Assembly (NCBI RefSeq): GCF_009914755.1
Contig: NC_060937.1
Direction: 5' to 3' (one strand)
DNA length: 64,000 nt
From: the human T2T-CHM13v2.0 reference genome, Homo sapiens
Of the stretch, positions 1 to 14,900 are shown piece by piece. Made by a program: the position numbers and the translations under genes. The notes below the pieces were generated by a model, which saw only the letters and a program-made list of their open reading frames with translations, made no database searches and was not told where the DNA came from. Each line of letters starts with the position of its first letter. Positions within the stretch are counted from its first letter, which is position 1.

Positions 1-1199
1 ACTACATATTATACACTGTACATATAATATCAAAGTACCCAAGGTATATATTCTATACTGTACAAAAAATAACAAAGTACCAAAATCATGTATAATATAC
101 TGTACATAAAATATGAAAGTATATCAAATATATATTTTATTCTGTACATAAAATATCAAAGTACACCAGATATATATTCTATAGTGTACATAAAATATCA
201 AAGTACCCAAACTATACATTATTTACTGTAAATAAAATATGAAATTACATCAAATATATTTTATATTAGGTACATAAAATATGAAAGTACATCAAATATA
301 GATTATATACTGTACATTAAATACCAAAGTACCCCAAATATATATTTTATACTGTACATGAAATATCAAAGTTCACAAACTATATATTATATAGTGTACA
401 TAAATTATCAAAGTACCCAAGGTATATATTCTATACTGTACAAAAAATATCAAAGTACCCAAAGCATGTATTATATACTGTACATAAAATATGATAGTAC
501 ACCAAATATATATTTTATTCTGTACATAATATATCAAAGTACACCAGATATATATTCTATAGTGTACATAAAATATCAAAGTACCCAAACTATACATTAT
601 ATACTGTACATAAAATATGAAATTACATCAAATATATATTATATTAGGTACATAAAATATGAAAGTACATCAAATATAGATTATATACTGTACATAAAAT
701 ATCAAAGTACCCAAGGTATATATTCTATACTGTACAAAAATATCAATGTACCCAAAGCGTGTATTATGTACTGTATATAAAATATGAAAGTACATCAAAT
801 ATATATTTTATTCTGTACATAAAATATCAAAGTACACTAGATATATATTTTATAGTGTACATAAAATATCAAATTACCGAAACTATACATTATATTGTGT
901 ACATAAAAAATGAAATTACATCAAATATATATTATATTAGGTACGTAAAATATGAAAGTACATCAAATATAGATTATATACTGTATATAAAATATAAAAG
1001 AACCCCAAATATATATTATATACTGTACATGAAATATCAAAGATCACAAACTATATATTATATACTGTACATAAAATATGAATATACCCAAGGTATATAT
1101 TCTATACTGTACAAAAAATGTCAAAGTACCCAAAGCATGTATTATATACTGTACATAAAATATGTCACTACATCAAATATATATTTAATTCTGTACATA

Positions 1200-2200
1200 A
1201 AATAACAAAGTACACCAGATATATATTTTATAGTGTACATAAAATATCAAAATAGCCAAAGTATACATTATAAACTGTACATAAAATCTGAAAGTACATC
1301 AAATATAGATAATTAACTGTAGATAAAATATCAAAGTACCCCAAATATATATTATATACTGTACATGAGATATCAAACTTCACAAACTATATATTATATA
1401 CTGTAGATAAAATATCAAAGTACCCAAGGTATATATTCTATACTGTACAAAAAATATCAAAGTACCCAAAATATGTATTATATACTGTATATAAAATATG
1501 AAAGTACATCAAATATAAATTTTATTCTGTACATAAAATATCAAAGTACACCAGATATATATTTTATAGTGTACATAAAATATCAAAGACCCAAACTATA
1601 CATTATATACTGTACATAAAATATGAAATTACATCAAATATATATTATATTAGGTACATAAAATATGAAAGTACATAAAATATAGATGATATACTGTACA
1701 TAAAATATCAAAGTAGCCCAAAGATATATTATACAGTGTACATGAAATATCAAAATTTACAAAATATATATTATATAATGTACATAAAATATCAAAGTAC
1801 CCAAAGCAAGTATTATATACTGTACATAAAAGATGAAAGTACATCAAATATATATTTTATTCTGTACGTAAAATATCAAAGTACACCAGATATATATTTT
1901 ATAGTGTACATAAAATATCAAGGTACCCAAATTATACATTATATACTGTACATAAAATATGAAAGTACATCAAATATATATTATATTAGTTACCTAAAAT
2001 ATGAAAGTACATCAAATATAGATTATTAACTATACATAAAATATCAAAGTACCCCAAATATATATTATATACTGTACATGAAATATCAAATTTCACAAAC
2101 TATATATTATATACTGTACATAAAATATCAAAGTACCCAAGGTATATAATCTATACTGTACAAAAAATATCAAAGTACCCAAAGCATGTATTATATACTG
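1200..2200 (+). repeat. Divergent subfamily island, repeated at about 40800-41800 (offset about 39594)
   Basis: ORF pairs 1650/41244 and 1736/41330. Shared ATAGATAATTAACTG, CATGAGATATCAAACTTC, GTAGCCCAA, CAAAATTTACAAAA, AAAGATGAAAG, TAGTTACCTA, GGTATATAATC. Confidence 0.85.
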
Positions 2201-3092
2201 TACATAAAATATGAAAGTACATCAAATATATATTTTATTCTGTACATAAAATATCAAAGTACACCAGATATATATTCTATAGTGTACATAAAATATCAAA
2301 GTACCCAAACTATACATTACATACTGTACATAAAATATGAAATTACATCAAATATGTATTATTTTAGGAACATAAAATATGAAAGTACATCAAATATAGA
2401 TTATTAACTGTACATAGAATATCAAAGAACCCCAAATATATATTATATACTGTACATGAGATATCAAACTTCACAAACTATATATTATATACTGTACATA
2501 AAATATCAAACTACCCAAGGTATATATTCTATACTGTACAAAAAATATCAAAATACCCAAAGCATGTATTATATACTGTACATAAAATATGAAAGTACAT
2601 CAAATATATATTTTATTCTGTACATAAAATATCAAAGTACACCAGATATATATTTTATAGTGTACATAAAATATCAAAGTACCCAAACTATACATTATAT
2701 ACTGTACATAAAATATGAAATCACATCAAATATATATTATATTAGGTACATAAAATATGAAAGTACTTCTAGTATAGATTATTTACTGTACATCAAATAT
2801 CAAAGTACCCCAAATATATATTATATACTGTACATGAAATATCAAAGTTCACAAACTATATATTATATACGGTACATAAAATATCAAAGTACCCAAGGTA
2901 TATATTCTATACTGTACAAAAAATATCAAAGTACCCAAAGCATGTATTATATACTGTACATAAAATATGAAAGTACATCAAATATATATTTTATTCTGTA
3001 CATAAAATATCAAAGTACACCAGATATATATTCTATAGTGTACATAAAATATCAAAGTACCCAAACTATACATTATATACTGTACATAAAAT

Positions 3093-6000
3093 ATGAAATT
3101 ACATCAAATATATATTAGGTACATAAAATATGAAAGTACATCAAATATAGATTATATACTGTACATAAAATATCAAAGAACCCAAATATATATCATATAC
3201 TGTACATGAAATATCAAAGTTCACAAACTATATATTATATACTGTACATAAAATATCAAAGTACCCAAGGTATATATTCTATACTGCACAAAAAATATCA
3301 AAGTACCCAAAGCATGTATTATATACTGTATATAAAATATGAAATTACATCAAATATATATTTTATTCTGTACATAAAATATCAAAGTACACCAGATATA
3401 TATTCTATAGTGTACATAAAATAACAAAGTACACAAAGTATAAATTATATACTGTACATAAAATATGAAATTACATCAAATATATATTAGGTACATAAAA
3501 TATGAAAGTACATCAAATATAGATTATATACTGTACATATAATATCAAAGTACCCCAAATATATATTTTGTACTCTACATGGAATATCAAAGTTCACAAA
3601 CCATATATTATATACTGTACATAAAATATCAAGGTACCCAAGGTATATATTCTATACTGTACAAAAAATATCAAAGTACCCAAAGCATGTATTATATACT
3701 GTACATAAAATATGAAAGTACATCAAATATATATTTTATTCTGTTCGTAAAATATCAAAGTACACCAGATATATATTCTATAGTGTACATAAAATATCAA
3801 AGTACCCAAACTATACATTATATACTGTACATAAAATATGAAATTACATCAAATATATATTAGGTACATAAAATATGAAAGTACATCAAATATAGATTAT
3901 ATACTCTACATAAAATATCAATGTACCCCAAATATATATTTTATACTCTACATGAAATATCAAAGTTCACAAACCATATATTATATACTGTCCATAAAAT
4001 ATCAAAGTACCCAAGGTATATATTCTATACTATACAAAAAATATCAAGGTACCCAAAGCATGTATTATATACTGTACCTAAAATATGAAAGTACATCAAA
4101 TATATATTTTATTCTGTACATAAAATAACAAAGTACACCAGATATATATTCTATAGTGTACATAAAATAACAAACTACACAAACTATAAATTATATACTG
4201 TACATAAAATATGAAATTACATCAAATATATATTAGGTACATAAAATATGAAAGTACATCAAATATAGATTATATACTGTACATATAATATCAATGTAAC
4301 CCAAATATATATTTTATTCTCTACATGAAATATCAAAGTTCACAAACCATATATTATATACTGTACATAAAATATCAAAGTACCCAAGGTATATATTCTA
4401 TACTGTACAAAAAATATCAAAGTACCCAAAGCATGTATTATATACTGTACATAAAATATGAAAGTACATCAAATATATATTTTATTCTGTACATAAAATA
4501 TCAAAGTACACCAGATATATATTCTATAGTGTACATAAAATATCAAAGTACCCAAACTATGCATTATATACTGTACATAAAATATGAAATTACATCAAAT
4601 ATATATTAGGTACATAAAATATGAAAGTACATCAAATATAGATTATATACTGTACATAAAATATCAAAGTACCACAAATATATATTATATACTGTATATG
4701 AAATATCAAAGTTCACAAACTATATATTATATACTGTATATAAAATATCAAAGTACCCAAGGTATATATTCTATACTGTACAAAAAATATCAAAGTACCC
4801 AAAGCATGTATTATATACTGTACATAAAATATGAAAGTACATCAAATATATATTTAATTCTGTACATAAAATATCAAAGTACACCAGATATATATTCTAT
4901 AGTGTACATAAAATATCAAAGTACCCATACTATACATTATATACTGTACATAAAATATGAAATTACATCAAATATATATTATATTAGGTACATAAAATAT
5001 GAAAGTACATCAAATATAGATTATATACAGTACATTAAATACCAAAGTACCCCAAATATATATTTTATACTGTACATGAAATATCAAAGTTCACAAACTA
5101 TATATTATATACTGTACATATAATATCAAAGTACCCAAGGTATATATTCTATAATGTACAAAAAATAACAAAGTACCAAAAGCATGTATTATATACTGTA
5201 CCTAAAATATGAAAGTACATCAAATATATATTTTATTCTGTACATAATATATCAAAGTACACCAGATATATATTCTATAGTGTACATAAAATATCAAAGT
5301 ACCCAAACTATACATTATATACTGTACATAAAATATGAAATTACATCAAATATATATTAGGTACATAAAATATGAAAGTACATCAAATATAGATTATATA
5401 CTGTACATAAAATATCAAGGTACCCCAAATATATATTATATACTGTACATGAAATATCAAAGTTCACAAACTCTATATTATATACTGTACATAAAATATC
5501 AAAGTACCCAAGGTATATATTCTATACTGTACAAAAAATATCAAAGTACCCAAAGCATGTATTATATACTGTATATAAAATATGAAAGTACATCAAATAT
5601 ATATTTAATTCTGTACATAAAATATCAAAGTACACCAGATAAATATTCTATAGTGTACATAAAATAACAAAGTACAAAAACTATAAATTATATACTGTAC
5701 ATAAAATATGAAATTACATCAAATACATATTAGGTACATTAAATATGAAATTACATCAAATATAGATTATATACTGTACATAAAATATCAATGTACCCCA
5801 AATATATATTTTATACTCTACATGAAATATCAAAGTTCACAAACCATATCTTATATACTGTACATAAGATATCAAAGTACCCAAGGTATATATTCTATAC
5901 TGTACAAAAAATATCAAAGTACCGAAAGCATGTATTATATACTGTACATAAAATATGAAAGTACATCAAATATATATTTTATTCTGTACATAAAATATCA

Positions 6001-6453
6001 AAGTACACCAGATATATATTCTATAGAGTACATAAAATAACAAAGTACAAAAACTATAAATTATATACTGTACATAAAATATGAAATTACATCAAACATA
6101 TATTAGGTACATAAAATATGAAAGTACATCAAATATAGATTATATAGTGTACATTAAATACCAAAGTACCCCAAATATATATCTTATACTGTACATGAAA
6201 TATCAAAGTTCACACACTATATATTATATACTGTACATAAAATATCAAAGTACCCAAGGTATATATTCTATACTGTACAAAAAATATCAAAGTACCCAAA
6301 GCATTTATTACAAACTGTACATAAAATATGAAAGTACATCAAATATATATTTTATTCTATACATAAAATATCAAAGTACACCAGATATATATTCTATAGT
6401 GTACATAAAATACCAAATACCCAAACTATACATTATATACTGTACATAAAATA
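3093..6453 (+). repeat. Run dominated by the 373-bp 9-mer variant (5-bp deletion in m7)
   Basis: m7 reads AAATATATATTAGGTAC instead of AAATATATATTATATTAGGTAC. Short-m7 starts at 3093, 3465, 3838, 4211, 4584, then 5335, 5708, 6081 (spacings 372, 373, 373, 373, 751, 373, 373). Confidence 0.9.
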
Positions 6454-7319
6454 TGAAATTACATCAAATATATATTATATTAGGTACATAAAATATGAAA
6501 GTACATCAAATATAGATTATATACTGTACATAAAATATCAAAGTACCCCAAATATATATTATATACTCTACATGAAATATCAAAGTTCACAAACTATATA
6601 TTATATACTGCACATAAAATATCAAAGTACCCAAGGTATATATTCTATACTGCACAAAAAAATCAAAGTACCCAAAGCATGTATTATATACTGTATATAA
6701 AATATGAAAGTACATCAAATATATATTTTATTCTCTACATAATATATGAAAGTACACCAGATATATATTCTATAGTGTACATAAAATAACAAAGTACACA
6801 AACTATAAATTATATACTGTTCATAAAATATGAAATTACATCAAATATATATTATGTACATAAAATATGAAAGTACATCAAATATAGATTATATACTGTA
6901 CATAAAATATCAATGTACCCCAAATATATATTTTATACTCTACATGAAATATCAAAGTTCACAAACCATATATTGTATACTGTACATAAAATATCAAAGT
7001 ACCCAAGGTATGTATTCTATACTGTACAAAAAAATATCAAAGTACCCAAAGCATGTATTATATACTGTACATAAAATATGAAAGTATATCAAATATATAT
7101 TTTATTCTGTACATAAAATATCAAAGTACACCAGATATATATTCTATAGTGTACATAAAATATCAAAGTACCCAAACTATACATTATATACTGTACATAA
7201 AATATGAAATTACATCAAATATATATTATATTAGGTACATTAAATATGAAAGTACATCAAATATAGATTATATACTGTACATTAAGTACCAAAGTACCCC
7301 AAATATATATTTTATACTG

Positions 7320-7697
7320 TACATGAAATATCAAAGTTCACAAACTATATATTATATACTGTACATAAAATATCAAAGTACCCAAGGTATATATTCTATA
7401 CTGTACAAAAAATATCAAAGTACCCAAAGCATGTATTATAAACTGTACATAAAATATGAAAGTAAATCAAATATATATTTTATTCTGTACATAAAATATC
7501 AAAGTACACCAGATATATATTCTATACTGTACATAAAATATCAAAGTACCCAAACTATACATTATATACTGTACATAAAATATGAAATTACATCAAATAT
7601 ATATTATATTAGGTACATAAAATATGAAAGTACATCAAATATAGATTATATACTGTACATAAAATATCAAAGTTCCTCAAATATATATTATATACTC
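7320..7697 (+). repeat. Representative canonical 378-bp 9-mer unit (m1-m9)
   Basis: TACATGAAATATCAAAGTTCAC starts at 7320 and again at 7698 (378 bp). Monomer markers in order: m1 GTTCACAAAC, m2 CCCAAGGT, m3 CAAAAAA..AAGCATG, m4 GAAAGTACATC..TTTTATTC, m5 ACACCAGAT, m6 CAAACTATACATT, m7 GAAATTACATC..TTAGG, m8 ATAGATT, m9 GT(A/T)CC(C/T)CAAAT. Confidence 0.95.
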
Positions 7698-8999
7698 TAC
7701 ATGAAATATCAAAGTTCACAAACTATATATTATATACTGTACATAAAATATCAAAGTACCCAAGGTATATATTCTATGCTGTACAAAAAATATCAAAGTA
7801 CCCAAAGCATGTATTATAAACTGTACATAAAATATGAAAGTACATCAAATATATATTTTATTCTGTACATAAAATATCAAAGTACACCAGATATATATTC
7901 TATAGTGTACATAAAATATCAAAGTAACCAAACTATACATTATATACTGTACATAAAATATGAAATTACATCAAATATATATTATATTAAGTACATAAAA
8001 TATGAAAGTACATCAAATATAGATTATATACTGTACATAAAATATCAAAGTACCCCACATATATATTATATACTCTACATGAAATATCAAAGTTCACAAA
8101 CTATATATTATATACTGTACATAAAATATCATAGTACCCAAGGTATATATTCTATACTGCACAAAAAAATCAAAGTACCCAAAGCATGTATTATATACTG
8201 TATATAAAATATGAAAGTATATCAAATATATATTTTATTCTCTACATAATATATCAAAGTACACCAGATACATATTCTATAGTGTACATAAAATAACAAA
8301 GTACACAAACTATAAATTATATACTGTACATAAAATATGAAATTACATCAAATATATATTAGGTACATAAAATATGAAAGTACATCAAATATAGATTATA
8401 TACTGTACATAAAATATCAATGTACCCCAAATATATATTTTATACTCTACATGAAATATCAAAGTTCACAAACCATATATTGTATACTGTACATAAAATA
8501 TCAAAGTACCCAAGGTATGTATTCTATACTGCACAAAAAATATCAATGTACCCAAAGCATGTATTATATACTGTACATAAAATATGAAAGTACATCAAAT
8601 ATATATTTTATTCTGTACATAAAATATCAAAGTACACCAGATATATATTCTATAGTGTACATAAAATATCAAAGTACCCAAACTATACATTATATACTGT
8701 ACATAAAATATGAAATTACATCAAATATATATTATATTAGGTACATAAAATATGAAAGTACATCAAATATAGATTATATACTGTACATTAAGTACCAAAG
8801 TACCCCAAATATATATTTTATACTGTACATGAAATATCAAAGTTCACAAACTCTATATTATATACTGTACATAAAATATCAAAGTACCCAAGGTATATAT
8901 TCTATACTGTACAAAAAATATCAAAGTACCCAAAGCATGTATTATAAACTGTACATAAAATATGAAAGTACATCAAATATATGTTTTATTCTGTACATA

Positions 9000-11960
9000 A
9001 AATATCAAAGTACACCAGATATATATTCTATAGTGTACATAAAATATCAAAGTACCCAAACTATACATTATATACTGTACATAAAATATGAAATTACATC
9101 AAATATATATTATATTAGGTACATAAAATATGAAAGTACATCAAATATAGATTATATACTGTACATAAAATATCAAAGTTCCCCAAATATATATTATATA
9201 CTCTACATGAAATATCAAAGTTCACAAACTATATATTATATACTGTACATAAAATATCAAAGTACCCAAGGTATATATTCTATACTGCACAAAAAATATC
9301 AAAGTACCCAAAGCATGTAGTATATACTGTATCTAAAATATGAAAGTACATCAAATATATATTTTATTCTGTACATAAAATATCAAAGTACACCAGATAT
9401 ATATTCTATAGTGTACATAAAATAACAAAGTACACAAACTATAAATTATATACTGTACATAAAAAATGAAATTACATCAAATATATACTAGGTACATAAA
9501 ATATTAAAGTACATCAAATATAGATTATATACTGTACATAAAATATCAATGTACCCCAAATATATATTTTATACTCTACATGAAATATGAAAGTTCACAA
9601 ACCATATATTATATACTGTACATAAAATATCAAAGTACCCAAGGTATATATTCTATACTGTACAAAAAATATCAAAGTACCCAAAGCATGTATTATATAC
9701 TGTACATAAAATATGAAACTGCATCAAATATATATTTTATTCTGTACAAAAAATATCAAAGTACACCAGACATATATTCTATAGTGTACATAAAATATCA
9801 AAGTACCCAAACTATACATTATATACTGTACATAAAATATGAAATTACATCAAATATATTTTATATTAGGTACATAAAATTTGAAAGTACATCAAAGATA
9901 GATTATATACGGTACATTAAATACCAAAGTACCCCAAATATATATTTTATACTGTACATGAAATATCAAAGTTCACAAACTATATATTATATGCTGTACA
10001 TATAATATCAAAGTACCCGAGGTATATATTCTATACTGTACAAAAAATATCAAAGTACCAAAAGCATGTATTATATACTGTACCTAAAATATGAAAGTAC
10101 ATCAAATATATATTTTATTCTGTACATAAAATATCAAAGTACACCAGATATATATTCTATAGTGTACATAAAATATCAAAGTACCCAAAGTATACATTAT
10201 ATACTGTACATAAAATATGAAATTACATCAAATATATATTAGGTACATAAAATATGAAAGTACATCAAATATAGATTATATACTGTACAAAAAATATCAA
10301 AGTACCCCAAATATATATTATATACTGTACATGAAATATCAAAGTTCACAAACTATATATTATATACTGTACATAAAATATCAAAGTACCCAAGGTATAT
10401 ATTCTATACTGTACAAAAGATATCAAAGTACCCAAAGCATGTATTATATACTGTACATAAAATATGAAAGTACATCAAATATATATTTTATTCTGTACAT
10501 AAAATATCAAAGTACACCAGATATATATTCTATAGTGTACATAAAATATCAAAGTACCCAAACTATTTCTTATATACTCTACATAAAATATGAAATTACA
10601 TCAAATATATATTATATTAGGTACATAAAATATGAAAGTACATCAAATATAGATTATATGCTGTACATTAAATACCAAAGTACCCCAAATATATATTTTA
10701 TACTGTACATGAAATATCAAGGTTCACAAACTATATATTATATACTGTACATAAAATATCAAAGTACCCAAGGTATATATTCTATACTGTACAAAAAATA
10801 TCAAAGTACCCAAAGCACGTATTATATACTGTACATAAAACATGAAAGTACATCAAATATATATTTTTTTCTGTACATAAAATATCAAAGTACACCAGAT
10901 ATATATTCAATAGTGTACCTAAAATAACAAAGTACAAAAACTATAAATTATATACTGTACATAAAATATGAAATTACACCAAATATATATTAGGTACATA
11001 AAATATGAAAGTACATCAAATATAGATTATATACTGTACATATAATATCAATGTACCCCAAATATATATTTTATACTCTACATGAAATATCAAAGTTCAC
11101 AAACCATATATTATATACTGTACATAAAATATCAACGTACCCAAGGTATATATTCTATACTGTTCAAAAAATATCAAAGTACCCAAAGCATGTATTATAT
11201 ACTGTATATAAAATATGAAAGTACATCAAATATATATTTTATTCTGTACATAAAATATCAATGTACACCAGATATATATTATATAGTGTACATAAAATAT
11301 CAAAGTTCCCAAACTATACATTATATACTGTACATAAAATATGAAATTACATCAAATATATACTATATTAGGTCCATAAAATATGAAAGTACATCAAATA
11401 TAGATTATATACTGTACATAAAATATCAAAGTACCCCAAATATATATTATATACTCTACATGAAATATCAAAGTTCACAAACTATATATTATATACTGTA
11501 CATAAAATAAAGTACCCAAGGTACATATTCTATACTGTACAAAAAATATCAAAGTACCCAAAGCATGTATTATATACTGTATATAAAATAAGAAAGTACA
11601 TGAAATATATATTTTATTCTGTACATAAAATATCAAAGTACACCAGATATATATTCTATAGTGTACATAAAATAACAAAGTACGCAAACTATACATTATA
11701 TACTGTACATAAAATATGAAATTACATCAAATATATATTAGGTACATAAAATATGAAAGTACATCAAATATAGATTATATACTGTACATAAAATATCAAT
11801 GTACCCCAAATATATATTTTATACTCTACATGAAATATCAAAGTTCACAAACCATATATTATATACTGTCCAGAAAATATCAAAGTACCCAAGGTATATA
11901 TTCTATACTATACAAAAAATATCAAAGTACGCAAAGCATGTATTATATTCTGTACCTAAA
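9000..11960 (+). repeat. Block duplicated at about 18700-21230
   Basis: GCATGTAGTATATACTGTATCTAAA at offset 9644 (GTAG 9317/18961). ORF pairs 10217/19483, 11082/20348, 11716/20982 at offset 9266 (=9644-378). Confidence 0.8.
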
Positions 11961-13919
11961 ATATGAAAGTATATCAAATATATATTTTATTCTGTACATA
12001 ATATATCAAAGTACACCAGATATATATTCTATAGTGTACATAAAATATCAAAGTACCCAAACTATACATTATACACTGTACATAAAATATGAAATTACAT
12101 CAAATATATATTATATAAGGTACACAAAATATGAAAGTACATCAAATATAGATTATATACTGTACATTAAATACCAAAGAACCCCAAATATATATTATAT
12201 ACTCTACATGAAATATCAAAGTTCACAAACTATATATTATATACTGTACATAAAATATCAAAGTACCCAAGGTATATATTCTATACTGTACAAAAAATAT
12301 CAAAGTACCCAAAGCATGTATTATATACTGTATATAAAATATGAAAGTACATCAAATATATATTTTATTCTGTACATAAAATATCAAAGTACACCAGATA
12401 TATATTCTATAGTGTACATAAAATATCAAAGTACCCAAACTATACATTATATACTGTACATAAAATATGAAATTACATCAAATATATATTATATTAGGTA
12501 CATAAAATATGAAAGTACATCAAATATAGATTATATACTGTACATTAAATACCAAAGTACCCCAAATATATATTTTATACTGTACATGAAATATCAAAGT
12601 TCACAAACTATATATTATATACTGTACATAAAATAAAGTCCCCAAGGTATATATTCTATACTGTAGAAAAAATATCAAAGTACCCAAAGCATGTATTATA
12701 TACTGTATATAAAATATGAAAGTACATCAAAAATATATTTTATTCTGTACATAATATATCAAAGTACACCAGATATATATTCTATAGTGTACATAAAATA
12801 ACAAAGTACAAAACTATAAATTATATACTGTACATAAAATATGAAATTACATCAAATATATATTAGGTACATAAAATATGAGAGTACATCAAATATAGAT
12901 TATATACTGTACATAAAATTTCAATGTACCCCAAATATATATTTTATACTCTACATGAAATATCAAACTTCACAAACCATATATTATATACTGTACATAA
13001 AATATCAAAGTACCCAAGGTATATATTCTATACTATACAAAAAATATCAAAGTACCCAAAGCATGTATTATATACTGTACCTAAAATATGAAAGTACATC
13101 AAATATATATTTTATTCTGTACATAAAATATCAAAGTACACCAGATATATATTCTATAGTGTACATAAAATATCAAAGTACCCAAACTATACATTATATA
13201 CTGTACATGAAATATGAAATTACATCAAATATATTTTATATTAGGTACATAAAATATGAAAGTACATCAAATATAGATTATATACTGTACATTAAATACC
13301 AAAGTACCCCAAATATATATTTTATACTGTACATGAAATATCAAAGTTCACAAACTATATATTATCTACTGTACATAAAATATCAAAGTACCCAAGGTAT
13401 ATATTCTATACTGTACAAAAAATAACAAAGTACCCAAAGCATGTATAATATACTGTACATAAAATATGAAAGTACATCAAATATATATTTTATTCTGTAC
13501 ATAAAATATCAAAGTACACCAGATATATATTCTATAGTGTACATAATATATCGAAGTACCCAAACTATACATTATATACTGTACATAAAATATGAAATTA
13601 CATCAAATATATATTATATAAGGTACATAAAATATGAAAGTACATCAAATATAGATTATATACTGTACATTAAATACCAAAGAACACCAAATATATATTA
13701 TATACTCTACATGAAATATCAAAGTTCACAAACTATATATTATATACTGTACATAAAATATCAAAGTACCCAAGGTATATATTCTATACTGTACAAAAAA
13801 TATCAAAGTACCCAAAGCATGTATTATATACTGTATATAAAATATGAAAGTACATCAAATATATATTTTATTCTGTACATAAAATATCAAAGTACACCAG
13901 ATATATATTCTATAGTGTA

Positions 13920-14900
13920 CATAAAATAACAAAGTACAAAAACTATAAATTATATAGTGTACATAAAATATGAAATTACATCAAATATATATTAGGTACA
14001 TAAAATATGAAAGTACATCAAATATAGATTATATACTGTACATAAAATATCAATGTACCCCAAATATATATTTTATACTCGACATGAAATATCAAAGTTC
14101 ACAAACCATATAATATATACGGTACATAAAATATCAAAGTACCCAAGGTATATATTCTATACTGTACAAAAAATATCAAAGTACCCAAAGCATGTATTAT
14201 ATACTGTACATAAAATATGAAAGTACATCAAATATATATTTTATTCTGTACATAAAATATCAAAGTACACCAGATATATATTCTATAGTGTACATAAAAT
14301 ATCAAAGTACCCAAACTATACATTATATACTGTACATAAAATATGAAATTACATCAAATATATATTATATTAGGTACAAAAAATATGAAAGTACATCAAA
14401 TATAGATTATATACTGTACATTAAATACCAAAGTACCCCAAATATATATTTTATACTGTACATGAAATATCAAAGTTCACAAACTATATATTATATACTG
14501 TACATATAATTTCAAAGTACCCAAGGTATATATTCTATACTGTACAAAAAATATCAAAGTACCCAAAGCATGTATTATATACAGTACATAAAATATGAAA
14601 GTACATCAAATATATATTTTATTCTGTACATAAAATATCAAAGTACACCAGATATATATTCTATAGTGTACATAAAATAAAAAAGTACACAAACTATAAA
14701 TTATATACTGTACATAAAATATGAAAGTACATCAAATATAGATTATATACTGTACATAAAATATCGATGTACCCCAAATATATATTTTATACTCTACATG
14801 AAATACCAAAGTTCACAAACCATATATTATATACTGTACATAAAATATCAAAGTACCCAAGGTATATATTCTATACTGTACAAAAAATATCAAAGTACCC
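13920..14900 (+). repeat. Block duplicated at about 16500-17490 (offset 2586), containing an 8-mer lacking m7
   Basis: Identical 105-aa ORFs at 14192/16778, and ORFs 14798/17384. Shared CTCGACATG, GGTACAAAAA, TATAATTTCA, ATATCGATGT, and a direct m6-to-m8 join at about 14710 and 17295. Confidence 0.82.
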
